A stretch of 64,000 nt of DNA. Source: a virus. Below are positions 18,865-28,521 of the stretch, piece after piece. Below the pieces are notes generated by a model. It was not told the origin of the DNA and ran no database searches. It worked only from the letters and a program-made list of their open reading frames with translations. The stretch's first letter is position 1. Each line of letters begins with the position of its first letter. The DNA is taken from positions 1 to 64,000 of IMG/VR virus record IMGVR_UViG_3300042691_008788; one strand, written 5' to 3'. The position numbers and the translations under genes are program-made.

Positions 18865-19011
18865 TTGGAGAACACACAATGCAGAATGATGAAACTGACA
18901 TTTGTGAAAAGACATACTACGAAGTTCGCATTGGCACTGCGATGCTCGTACTCATACTCATCACAAACATTCTGATTCTTTCCATGGGACTTCTAGGCTT
19001 CCTCTATTGGC

Positions 19012-19040
19012 TTGACAATGCCACTCCGACCAAGTAAGAT
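19012..19040 (+). promoter_or_regulatory. Sigma70-like early promoter
   Basis: TTGACA-N17-TAAGAT. Confidence 0.65.
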
Positions 19041-19063
19041 GGTGCCTTCGAAAGGAGCAACCG

Positions 19064-19264
19064 ATGCCGAAGCGAGTTCTAGACAGGTTCGATCTTGAGG
19101 CAGAGCGCGAGGGTGCAGCCGTCAGGCAGCACAGCAAGACCATCTGCAAGCCGTTTGGTCATGGCAAGACCATAACCAAGCAGCGCAAGATGCAGAAGGA
19201 CGGAGAGGCTTTCATCGAACGCAAGACTGTGAAGTTCTCATTCGAAAGGATCGCATATGTGTAA
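19064..19264 (+). CDS. Hypothetical protein
   Basis: AAGGAG RBS. Confidence 0.65.
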   Translation: MPKRVLDRFDLEAEREGAAVRQHSKTICKPFGHGKTITKQRKMQKDGEAFIERKTVKFSFERIAYV

Positions 19265-19469
19265 GTGCATCGACTGCGGAGACACCATCTCACCCGCTCG
19301 TCTTGAGTTCCTTCCCGATACTGAGTGGTGCGTGAAGTGTTCAGACAAGCACACCTTCAAGTACGCTGCGTTCACAATCTATCCGCACAAGACGGGTGGA
19401 GAACTGTTCGTGGCTCGTACCAAGGAAGGTGCGCGTCGGCTTGAGCGTGAAGCGGTTCGTGGGCGGTAA
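19257..19469 (+). CDS. TraR/DksA-type C4 zinc finger protein
   Basis: CIDCGDTISPARLEFLPDTEWCVKC matches the CxxCG..I...RL...P....CxxC pattern. Confidence 0.85.
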   Translation: MCKCIDCGDTISPARLEFLPDTEWCVKCSDKHTFKYAAFTIYPHKTGGELFVARTKEGARRLEREAVRGR

Positions 19470-19489
19470 AGAATCTACGAGAATCGATC

Positions 19490-21633
19490 ATGACCTTCAC
19501 ACACAAGACATTCAAGATCGTTCGCAAGGCTCAGGCTGGTCGAAACTTTGACAGCGTCTTTGTTTTCACCATCTTGTATGGTATGACGGGAACTCCCGTG
19601 TCGGGAACCGTCTATCAGATCATCATCAAGAATGGCATTGTGGAAAATGATGATTGTCCGTTCCAATGGCCGATCTCCGATCACGGTGAGGAACACTTTT
19701 CATCTAGTCACATAAAGAGTATCCATACTCTCCGCAAACTCTGGATGTCAGCAACCAACAACGGGTGTCCATACATTCCCGCAGAGGAGTAAGAACATGC
19801 ACAGTGAAAAGCAGGAAACTCTCGTCTCTCGCTATCCCGAAATCTTCCGCGACTACAACGGCGATCCTCAGCGGACTTGCATGGCATGGGGCATTGAGTG
19901 CGGCGACGGTTGGTTCGATCTCATCGACACCATCTGCAAGGCGATTCAGAATCAGACCGAGCATGTGAATCGTCTGTGGCCGAACCTGAAGTTCGGCGTG
20001 GTCGCTGCTCAGGTCAAGGAGAAGTACGGGACTCTTCGTTTCTACAACGAGTTCATCTATGCCGATGGACTTGAGGAGCATGACAGAGATAGGTTGGAGA
20101 AGTACATCACTCAGGTCAACGGCATGGTTTCGTTCGCAGAGTTCATGTCGGGTCGCATCTGCGAGGTCTGTGGTCAGAAGGGTTCGCTCGACGGCAGTTC
20201 ATTCCCCCGATGCCGCTGCAAGGAATGCGAGAACAAGCAATGACCAAGACCATCAAGGAACACAAGATCATCGGCAACATTGACATCTCCACGAAGGACA
20301 TCAATGCGAATATTGAGAATTCCCAATCGCTCACGATCTACTTCCGCGAGATCTCAAAGGGCATCATCGACATCGTTGTGTATCCAACTTCATTCGACAA
20401 GGCAAACAAGTTCTTCTATGTTCCGACAGATGATACGAAGTGGCTCATCAATGTCGGGATGTCGAACATGAACTGGGTCGGCAGAAACCGAGCGCGTGAC
20501 ATCTACAAGTATCTGGTTCTAAAGCACAAGTTCAAACAGGAGAATTCATAATGATTTCCGAACAAGCACTCTTCATCATCCTCATTGTTTCTTCCTTCAT
20601 GACGGGCTGGTACATGGGACGCATCCACCTCATGGCAAACGATTTCAAGAACCGAAAGTGAGAAATGCAAATGAGCGATTCTGAAAACACCGAAGGCAAG
20701 GAAGCATTGGAATACTTCAAAAACCTCACATTGGAACCTCATGGTGCGATCATGTCTCTTGCAGACATGGAGAAGACCATCAAGTTCCACGAAGACGAAC
20801 TTGCAGCGGAGGACAAGCGAGTTGAGGGAACTGATGAGTATCCAAACTATGGAGATGACTTTGCCGACATGGTGTACATTGCTCGTCGGCTTCTAGATCA
20901 TGTGAAGACTCAGAAGCAAGAGATCGAAAAGGTGGTTCATGATTCATCGGCACTCGCTGCAAACCAATGCCATGCGGGATATGCTGGTGTGATTGGGGTT
21001 CGGAGGCGGCGGTGAGTGATTTCATGGAATGGTTTCTGATCTTCTTCATGCTCTATGTCTTCCTCAGCGTGTGGGTCTTCACGAACATGCTTGAGAAGAT
21101 TCTGAAGTTGCTTTCTGAGATTGTCGAGGAAATGGAGAAAGGAAGGATTCGATGACGAACAGTGCAGACCAACTCATCTATGAACTTGAGAAGAAGGTTC
21201 GTGATCTTGAGAACTATATCCGCTTGCTTGAGAACAACATCGGAGATGCATCGTTCCTGCTGATGGATTGGGACGGCTACTACGATCCGCAGACGGGCAA
21301 GGGCAACACGAAGGAACTGGCATTGTTGGTGGAGGATGCCTACGGCCTGTTGCAGGGTAGGTCATGGAGGGATCCCGATCCTCCGAAGAAGCGAAGGAGC
21401 GGCGAGGTCGAGGGACAGTTGCTGCTGTGGGAGGATGAGGAGTGAAGAGCCGAAGACCGAAGGTGGGGGACCGAGTCCATTGGGATGACGATGAGGAGGG
21501 CTTCAGCGGAGTCTATGAGATCACCGCGATACGGGGAAGGAAGAGGGATGACATCTGGCTCTACTCATCGGAACTAGGAACAGAGGTACAGGTCATGCTC
21601 TGTGAGATTGAGAATCGCATCATTGAGGAATGA
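19490..21633 (+). CDS. Hypothetical genes (19490-19792, 19797-20243, 20240-20551, 20665-21015, 21152-21445, 21442-21633)
   Basis: Coupled ORFs; 19797 carries the widespread GIECGDGW...QVKEKYGTLRFY...CEVCG motif. Confidence 0.7.
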
Positions 21634-22181
21634 GGAGACGAACGATGGACAAGACCATATCCTCGCAAAGGACGGAAGACTTCCGTGGGGGCATCCAACT
21701 TGGTGCAACAGCATATGATGATCTTTCACGGGAAATGAATATCCGCCTAACGCGGATCAAGAAATCTCTTGCAACGGAACTCTCACAGAGCGGCTACTCA
21801 ATGAAGGTTAAAATCAATGAAAACGATCATGCAGTGCTTCACAGGGGGTGTTCCCCAGATGGCGGGATATGGTTCGATGCCACAGGCAAGGCGATTGTTG
21901 CATTTGAATCAAAGAAGCAAGGTGTGCGTGGAAATGCCCATGAGAGATGGTTCAAGAACTTCATGTTCATCTCGCATATCTACAATGGAATCAGATATGT
22001 GACATTTGTATCGGGGAAAGGTTGTGACTCTAACATGGGAGACGACTTTCGGAGTTTTCTCGAAATGCAAGGTAGAAAGACCGACATCCTCTATCCAGAT
22101 GGAGCATCTTTCTTCCTCTCGCAATCGGGGTTTACCGACGATGAGGTTCGGGAAATCATGAGAAAGGCAGTTGTGCAATGA
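21630..22181 (+). CDS. EcoRI-family type II restriction endonuclease-like protein
   Basis: PDGGIW...ESKKQG..GNAHER..KN aligns by eye to EcoRI PDGG...EAKHQG...GNAIER..KN. Confidence 0.75.
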   Translation: MRRRTMDKTISSQRTEDFRGGIQLGATAYDDLSREMNIRLTRIKKSLATELSQSGYSMKVKINENDHAVLHRGCSPDGGIWFDATGKAIVAFESKKQGVRGNAHERWFKNFMFISHIYNGIRYVTFVSGKGCDSNMGDDFRSFLEMQGRKTDILYPDGASFFLSQSGFTDDEVREIMRKAVVQ

Positions 22182-23008
22182 AGCCATTGTTCATGTGGGC
22201 TGGTGGAAAGTCGAAGATGATGAAGCACTATGTGCCTTTCATGAACTTTGGGAAGGTGGACACCTATTCGGAACCATTCTTCGGCGGTGGGGCAATGCTC
22301 ATCAAGGTCATGCGTGACCATGCTCCGAGAAAGGTATACATCAATGACATCAATGCGGACATCATGAACATCTACTCCGCGATCAAGAGCAGTCCGAATC
22401 TCTTCATCGGGGAGATGGATGGCTACTCATCGGTCTACCTACCACTCTCCAAGGAGGATAGGAAGAAGTACTTTTATGATCTTCGTACTACACATGCTTT
22501 CGAATACGAGAAGTACGATTCAGTCCCCCGCGCTGCCTTGCTGTACTTCCTGATGAAGACTGCCTTCAATGGAATCTGGCAGATCAACAAGAACACGAAC
22601 AACAGGTTCGGGACTCCATCGGGACTTCTCAACCAGCGGGATGCGGTCTATGATCGGGATAATGTCCTTGCATGGTCGCACATGCTGAACTCCACAGATA
22701 CGATACTGACATCAACGGATTGGTCGAATGTCCCGATCTCAGACTTCACATTCATGGATCCACCGTACAGGGATTCATTCGCGGACTACAATGAGTCCTT
22801 TCCCGATGCAGAACTTCTGAAACTCATGAAGGTGGTGGAGGATCACAAGGGGGTATGGTTGTGCAATCGGGATTGTGGAGATGGCTTCTTCGATGGCATG
22901 AAGGCAACGGTGCATAGGTTCCCCGTGACCTATACTGCGGGAAGAAGAAAGAGAACCGAGGATGGGTATGAAGCAAAGAAGGCAATGGAGATACTTGCAT
23001 ACAACTGA
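22178..23008 (+). CDS. D12-class (Dam-like) N6-adenine DNA methyltransferase
   Basis: WAGGK, EPFFGGGA, INDIN, FNG, DPPY motifs; ATGA-coupled to the endonuclease. Confidence 0.93.
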   Translation: MKPLFMWAGGKSKMMKHYVPFMNFGKVDTYSEPFFGGGAMLIKVMRDHAPRKVYINDINADIMNIYSAIKSSPNLFIGEMDGYSSVYLPLSKEDRKKYFYDLRTTHAFEYEKYDSVPRAALLYFLMKTAFNGIWQINKNTNNRFGTPSGLLNQRDAVYDRDNVLAWSHMLNSTDTILTSTDWSNVPISDFTFMDPPYRDSFADYNESFPDAELLKLMKVVEDHKGVWLCNRDCGDGFFDGMKATVHRFPVTYTAGRRKRTEDGYEAKKAMEILAYN

Positions 23009-23097
23009 GAGACACATTGCGAAGTTTAGGAAATCGGTTTGGTGAGAAAAAATTGCCAAGCCGATTTTTCATTTTCGGCATAGGGCAAAATAAAAGT

Positions 23098-23183
23098 GGG
23101 GGTAGGGGGTAGGGGGTAGGGGGTCTTGGAGAAGATGAGAGGAGAGGGATGGGAAGAGAGGGATGGGAAGAGAGGGATGGGGA
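23098..23183 (+). repeat. G-rich repeats: (GGGGGTA)3GGGGG and three copies of GAGAGGGATGGGAA
   Basis: Four G5 runs at 23098-23123; 14-nt unit at 23142, 23156 and 23170 (third copy has one change). Confidence 0.95.
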
Positions 23184-23411
23184 GTTTGGGAAATGTGTTT
23201 GGGTGGAAAATGGGGGAGATGGCATTGCCAAAATCTAGCCCCCATGTCAAGCCAGAAATCACTGTTCCCGACAAGATTTCCAAAGATTCTTGCCCTACCC
23301 CATAGGCCGATAATGGCTCCGCAATGCCCCCGAAACCACCCATATTCCGTAAGTCCTGATATTTCCAAGACTTACAATCTAGACATTTTTTTCCCGCATG
23401 GATCAAGTGGC

Positions 23412-23440
23412 TTGCCGCAAGTGCCGATTTACCTTATACT
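23412..23440 (+). promoter_or_regulatory. Early promoter (probably leaderless) for the vWA gene
   Basis: TTGCCG-N17-TATACT, ATG 7 nt downstream, no SD. Confidence 0.7.
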
Positions 23441-23446
23441 TACAGC

Positions 23447-25996
23447 ATGGCTAACAGCACTATGAACACCGCGAACACCTCCCGCAACTCGCTCCTGGCG
23501 CAACTCCTCGCGTCTGAGGGCATCACGGTCGAGCATCGTCCCGATGCCAAGACGGCATGGTTCGAACTCGACTCGCGTCGGCTTGTCCTCCCGCAGTGGG
23601 AGAACAAGAACCAGTCTGTCTATGACTTCCTTGTCGGTCACGAAGTCGGCCATGCCAAGTACACTCCCGCTGATGAGTGGAAGAGCGAGAGCATCCGCAT
23701 CGGTGGCGAGGGCAACAGCATGATCGCGAAGGACTACATCAATGTGGTCGAGGATGCGCGTATTGAGCGCATGATCAAGCGCGAGTTCCCTGGCCTTCGC
23801 TCTGACTTCGTCGCGGGGTACAAGGAACTCGCTTCGATGGATGCCTTCGGTCTTCAGGGTCGCGATGTCGCTTCGCTTCCCCTCGTTGACCGCATCAACC
23901 TCTACTACAAGTTGGGTGTCCACACGGGCATGGTGGTCCCGTTCACCGCTGAGGAGCAGGTCTTCATCGACCGCATCAACGCGGCCAAGACCTTCAAGGA
24001 TGTCACCGACATCTCTGCCGATCTCTATGAGTTCGCGAAGCAGCAGAAGAAGGAACGCGAGGAGCAGCAGGGCAACGACGGCAACAAGGGCGGTGAGGGT
24101 CAGCAGGGCAAGGATCGCAAGAGTGGCAAGGGCGAAGCCTCTGACGGTGGCAAGGAAGAGCGCAAGGAAACCGCCAGTGCCAACGGCGAAGAGGACGGCG
24201 ACAGCGACAAGTCGGAGACTCGCGAAGGCGGCAACGAAGACCAGAGCGGTCGCAGCGAGTCGCAGGAAGATGGCGAAGGTGAAGAGGAGTCGAGCGGTTC
24301 CAAGTCCGACAGCGCGGAAGACGCGAACGATGACGGCTCGACCGCCGACTCGTCCGACGAGACCGATGAGGGTGGCAACATGGAAACCGAAGCCAAGCAG
24401 AATCCCGACTTCGCTCCCGATGCTTCCTCGACCGTGAGCAACCTTGAGAAGTCGATGACCAAGTTCATCAACACCCACACCATCGAACAGACGATCACCG
24501 TCCCGCAGATCGATGCTTCCAAGGTTGTCGTGACCGCGAACGAGTTCGTTGCTCTCATGGACCAGTGCAAGGTCGGTCGCTACCACGGCAACAGCATCGG
24601 CAACGATGTCCTTGCTGCGGGTGGCATGAGCAAGTACATGGACGGCCTTGCTCTTGAGGCTTTCAAGAAGATGACGCAAGAGAACCGCCGCGCGGTCGAT
24701 CTCATGGTCAAGCGGTTCGATACTCGTCGTGCTGCGCGTAACTATGCGCGTCAGTCGAGTGCCAAGACGGGACGCATCTCGACCCGCCACCTCGCCAAGT
24801 ACAAGTTCAGCGAGGACATCTTTGAGCGCATCACGATCAAGAACGATGAGAAGAACCACGGCATCGTGATCCTCCTCGACTGGTCTGGTTCGATGGGTGG
24901 CATGATTCAGGACACCGTGAACCAGTTGGGTGCGCTTCTCAACTTCTGCCGCCGCGTCGGCATCCCCGCCGAAGTCTACTTCTTCAGCAGTGTCCACAGC
25001 AAGATCGCTGACGAATTGTTCACGAAGAACAATCCGAACCTCAACGGCAGGAAGAACAGGGACGGCGAACTCATCAGCCGCCAAAACTGCGCTCGTTGGG
25101 GTGCGGTCGTTGAGGGTGTGAATTGGAATCTGCACGACGAGTGCTTTGCATTTACCGATGCGGTCTGTGGTCTTCCCTCTGGCACTGCGGGAAAGACTGC
25201 TGCGGTCTACAAGGCGTTCAGCCTGATTCAGGTCTACCATGCCAACATGGGCAACAAGGACTTTGCGCGGACCATGGGTCGCCTTCTCGTCCTCTCGCAG
25301 ATGGTTGGCGGTGGCTATGTCTCGCTCACGAACCCGCAAAGCCTTGCTCTTGGCGACACCCCGCTTGATGAGTCGATCCTTGCCATGCGCGACATCGTCA
25401 ACAACTTCCGAAAGTCCAGCAACACCAAGGTGACTTTCATCAGCCTCAGCGATGGCGAGGGCATGAGCATCATCAATGCGGTCAGCAGCAATGCTCTCCG
25501 CGATGCCAACCCGACCCGCAAGGTTGCGCGTGTGATGGTCGATGCTTCGAATGGCCGTCGCTATGCTGCGGACGATGGTGGTGGACACCGCAACACCCAT
25601 GAGATCGTGGTGCAGATGTTCAAGGATGCGACCAATGTGGACATCGTGGGCGTGATGATGGCGGGTCGCCTCTCCTATTGCAGCACCTTCTCTTCGGCTT
25701 GCTATGCCCAGAACAAGAAGATGGACTACCAGGCTCGTCGTGAATTTGAGCAGAAGTTGGTTGAGAAGTTCGAAGATGACAAGTGCATCTCGCTCCCCTA
25801 CGGTGCATACAGCCAGTACTTCTTCGTGCAGATCGTCAGCCGCATGAACACGGAGTACGCACAGCGCAAGGAGCAGAAGAAGTTGGACAACATGAAGAAC
25901 CGCAAGGTTGCCCTGACCCGCGAACTCGTTGCTGCCACCAAGCGTGACAGTGCGAACCGCGTCTTCATCAATCGCCTGATGGACATCGTGGCCTAA
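23447..25996 (+). CDS. CobT-like vWA-domain protein (MoxR AAA partner) with N-terminal HExxH domain
   Basis: HEVGH...NVVEDARIE, acidic linker, MIDAS DWSGSM, TPL, SDGEG. Confidence 0.9.
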   Translation: MANSTMNTANTSRNSLLAQLLASEGITVEHRPDAKTAWFELDSRRLVLPQWENKNQSVYDFLVGHEVGHAKYTPADEWKSESIRIGGEGNSMIAKDYINVVEDARIERMIKREFPGLRSDFVAGYKELASMDAFGLQGRDVASLPLVDRINLYYKLGVHTGMVVPFTAEEQVFIDRINAAKTFKDVTDISADLYEFAKQQKKEREEQQGNDGNKGGEGQQGKDRKSGKGEASDGGKEERKETASANGEEDGDSDKSETREGGNEDQSGRSESQEDGEGEEESSGSKSDSAEDANDDGSTADSSDETDEGGNMETEAKQNPDFAPDASSTVSNLEKSMTKFINTHTIEQTITVPQIDASKVVVTANEFVALMDQCKVGRYHGNSIGNDVLAAGGMSKYMDGLALEAFKKMTQENRRAVDLMVKRFDTRRAARNYARQSSAKTGRISTRHLAKYKFSEDIFERITIKNDEKNHGIVILLDWSGSMGGMIQDTVNQLGALLNFCRRVGIPAEVYFFSSVHSKIADELFTKNNPNLNGRKNRDGELISRQNCARWGAVVEGVNWNLHDECFAFTDAVCGLPSGTAGKTAAVYKAFSLIQVYHANMGNKDFARTMGRLLVLSQMVGGGYVSLTNPQSLALGDTPLDESILAMRDIVNNFRKSSNTKVTFISLSDGEGMSIINAVSSNALRDANPTRKVARVMVDASNGRRYAADDGGGHRNTHEIVVQMFKDATNVDIVGVMMAGRLSYCSTFSSACYAQNKKMDYQARREFEQKLVEKFEDDKCISLPYGAYSQYFFVQIVSRMNTEYAQRKEQKKLDNMKNRKVALTRELVAATKRDSANRVFINRLMDIVA

Positions 25997-26033
25997 GTCA
26001 AAACTCAAACTTCCCAAAGGAGAGAACACCACA

Positions 26034-26360
26034 ATGAACCAGAACAAGACCGCCAACTTCACCACCATCACCACCCACAGGATTCAGGGAGGTCAGTACA
26101 ACAGCCTGATGACCTTTGAGGTGCAGGATGGGAAGGACATTGTGAGGATTCGCAGTTACTTCAATGCCAACGAGAACAGGTATGTGGAGTCGTTCAGCAT
26201 CAATCCCCCCGAAGCCGAAGGTCGCGAAAACGGCTGGGTCATCGATGCCGAAACCTGGTACGACATCAAGATCGGCAGGGCAATCTACAAGTACATGACT
26301 AGGGACGAGAAGAACAATCCCGATTTCATGAACCATATCCCCTTCCTCCCCGTGCCTTAA
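26034..26360 (+). CDS. Hypothetical protein
   Basis: AAGGAG RBS; followed by a terminator. Confidence 0.7.
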   Translation: MNQNKTANFTTITTHRIQGGQYNSLMTFEVQDGKDIVRIRSYFNANENRYVESFSINPPEAEGRENGWVIDAETWYDIKIGRAIYKYMTRDEKNNPDFMNHIPFLPVP

Positions 26361-26376
26361 AAAGCACGGGTTTTTT
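26349..26376 (+). terminator. Intrinsic terminator
   Basis: CCCGTGC...GCACGGG then TTTTTT. Confidence 0.8.
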
Positions 26377-26412
26377 CTAGTCGAAACTCATAGATACCGA
26401 AGGAGGACTCTG

Positions 26413-26871
26413 ATGATTCGTACACTCAGTAGAACATCCCCCGAGGTGAAGGACTTCCTGAAGTTCATAAAGGAAGACCTGAAGAACCACAGAATCCACT
26501 TGAAGTTCTCAAAGAACCGCAATGTAAGGTTCAGCAAGACCACCACCACAGCAGCCTACTTCCATGAACCCGCGTCCAATAGATGGGGTTCTATTCGCAT
26601 TGGTACAGGCAATAGGAAACCCATTACGATACTCACAAACCTAGTCCATGAGTATTGCCATTTCATCCAATGGAAGAACGGTGACAGGGACTGGCTCAAG
26701 GGCAGTGGGGATCACATCGAAGGATCCCGCTATGTGCTTCTTGAGGAGCGTACAGAGAAGGAAATGATTTCCCTCATGCGCTCATGGAATCTTCCATTGA
26801 ACTTCTCAGGAATTCGTAAACGCTCTCGTTCCTACATTGCATGGCTTCGATCAAACGAAATAGATATCTGA
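26413..26871 (+). CDS. HExxH zinc metallopeptidase-like protein
   Basis: LVHEYCHF.Q...E motif. Confidence 0.7.
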   Translation: MIRTLSRTSPEVKDFLKFIKEDLKNHRIHLKFSKNRNVRFSKTTTTAAYFHEPASNRWGSIRIGTGNRKPITILTNLVHEYCHFIQWKNGDRDWLKGSGDHIEGSRYVLLEERTEKEMISLMRSWNLPLNFSGIRKRSRSYIAWLRSNEIDI

Positions 26872-26893
26872 TACCCCTTTAGGAGATTTCATT

Positions 26894-27184
26894 ATGCCAA
26901 CCTATGACTTCAAGTGTGACAAGTGCGAACATCTTTTCGAATCATTCAGAACCATTGCCGACCGCGATGCTCCTTGTTCATCCCCATGCCCCCATTGCAA
27001 GAAATCTGGTGGTGTCCGTCGTGACTTCATCGGATCTCCCGCAGCAGCCGTGGATATGAATCTTACCCCTGGTGCAGATTTCAAAGAGGTCATGAAAAAG
27101 GTATCAAAGGGTGTTCCGAAGCGGTATCGGGAGAACCTCGACCAAGCCGCATCTCGTCGTGGCACCGTATGGGGTAATGGCTGA
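26894..27184 (+). CDS. FmdB-family zinc ribbon protein
   Basis: MPTYDFKCDKC.H.FE...CPHC. Confidence 0.85.
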   Translation: MPTYDFKCDKCEHLFESFRTIADRDAPCSSPCPHCKKSGGVRRDFIGSPAAAVDMNLTPGADFKEVMKKVSKGVPKRYRENLDQAASRRGTVWGNG

Positions 27185-27281
27185 TCACACGGTCAATCCA
27201 TATTTTTTCTACATATAAATGTCTTTCTAAAGGTAGAAATACCACTCAAATACAGAAACTTCAATAAGAAAATGGCATAAA

Positions 27282-27776
27282 ATGAGATACACAGAAGCAA
27301 GAGCAATCCTATCAGAAGCAATCGAACAACTTGATGAGACAAAACTTTTACAGAGACAAATATCTCCAGGACAACAAGGAGGCTCAACAAAGTTTTATCC
27401 GCGAGATGACCCGTCTTCTCCTTATCATTGGTACCCGACGAATGATGAGCCATTTGGACCATCGAAGTGGTTTCCGTTACCAGCCTATCCTGGTGATGCG
27501 CCACCTCCCCCAATAGATCTACGCAAGCCACCACCACCACTAAGGAGTCCAAAGGAACGACTACAGGATGAACAAGATAGAGCAAAGCGCAAAGACTATA
27601 ATGATACGCGACAGAGGGATCGATTAAGAGACTTTCGCAAAAAAATACAGGATGGATTAAACCAGAAACCATATCAAAGACCTTATGTGGCACCTTCTGG
27701 ACCTGGTGCGGGTTGGAATAATCCATATAGCCGCCCTTCTGAGCCTCCTCACCAAACTAGACCAGACTTTGACTAA
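27282..27776 (+). CDS. Pro/Arg-rich protein, paralog 1 with leader MRY..ARAILSEAIEQLDE
   Basis: Leader shared with 27803 and 28522. Confidence 0.8.
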   Translation: MRYTEARAILSEAIEQLDETKLLQRQISPGQQGGSTKFYPRDDPSSPYHWYPTNDEPFGPSKWFPLPAYPGDAPPPPIDLRKPPPPLRSPKERLQDEQDRAKRKDYNDTRQRDRLRDFRKKIQDGLNQKPYQRPYVAPSGPGAGWNNPYSRPSEPPHQTRPDFD

Positions 27777-27802
27777 TCAAACTTCTCAAAGGAAACAGGA
27801 AA

Positions 27803-28486
27803 ATGAGATACGAAACAGCAAGAGCAATCCTATCTGAAGCCATCGAACAGTTGGATGAGAAAGAACTCCTACAAAGACTTGTAGACCCAGGTGATAGCAC
27901 ATTTGAACGCTCGCGTGGAGGATCAAAAAAACCATCTAGCCCAGGCATATGGGGACCGCAGTATCGACCGTTAAGACCAGATCCATCGGAACCAGTTGTA
28001 TACCCTCCAGCCAACCCTCAACAAAAACTTCCACCAGTTTTTAGACCAGATTTTGAGGACAGTCCACAAACTCCAAGACCAAGAGATCCAGATCCAGAGT
28101 ATGGCAATCCTTTTAACCGCAAACCTTGGGGGTGGCAACCAGGCAAGCCTCTTGAAATTCGTCCACCTGTTTATAGCCCCGATGGTGATCTTATAAAACC
28201 TGCAATATTCCCGTGGACAGAACCACATAGACCTCTACCCCCACCTGAGAGCAGACCAGAAAGACCTTCAAGAATTCCCCGCCCACCCATAGGTGGGCAA
28301 CCAAGAGTTCCAGGTGTAAAGTATCCCAATGATGCGGGTGGTCTGCGTGGTCCATTAGATCCTATTGAAATCGAACGAAGACGCAATAATCTACAGCGTG
28401 ATCGTGAAAGGTTGAGAAGATTCCGTGATCAAGTGCGAGATGGATTAAACCAAAGACCATATCAAAGTCAACCGCGATTCAGATAA
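27803..28486 (+). CDS. Pro/Arg-rich protein, paralog 2
   Basis: Same leader; C-terminal RLR.FR....DGLNQ.PYQ shared with paralog 1. Confidence 0.8.
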   Translation: MRYETARAILSEAIEQLDEKELLQRLVDPGDSTFERSRGGSKKPSSPGIWGPQYRPLRPDPSEPVVYPPANPQQKLPPVFRPDFEDSPQTPRPRDPDPEYGNPFNRKPWGWQPGKPLEIRPPVYSPDGDLIKPAIFPWTEPHRPLPPPESRPERPSRIPRPPIGGQPRVPGVKYPNDAGGLRGPLDPIEIERRRNNLQRDRERLRRFRDQVRDGLNQRPYQSQPRFR

Positions 28487-28521
28487 TGTGGATAGCCTAG
28501 CATGATAAGAAAGAAGCAAAA

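Noticed and set aside
15125-25996. cobS/cobT plus B12-dependent NrdJ as a cobalamin biosynthesis AMG set
   Set aside because: No cobN or other cob genes in the window; these phage proteins are better explained as a generic MoxR AAA+/vWA chaperone pair.
23429-26074. 881-aa minus-strand ORF (also 15110-16585 and 4648-5529 on the minus strand)
   Set aside because: Antisense shadows of strongly codon-biased plus-strand genes; no motifs or RBS, while the plus-strand products are recognisable.
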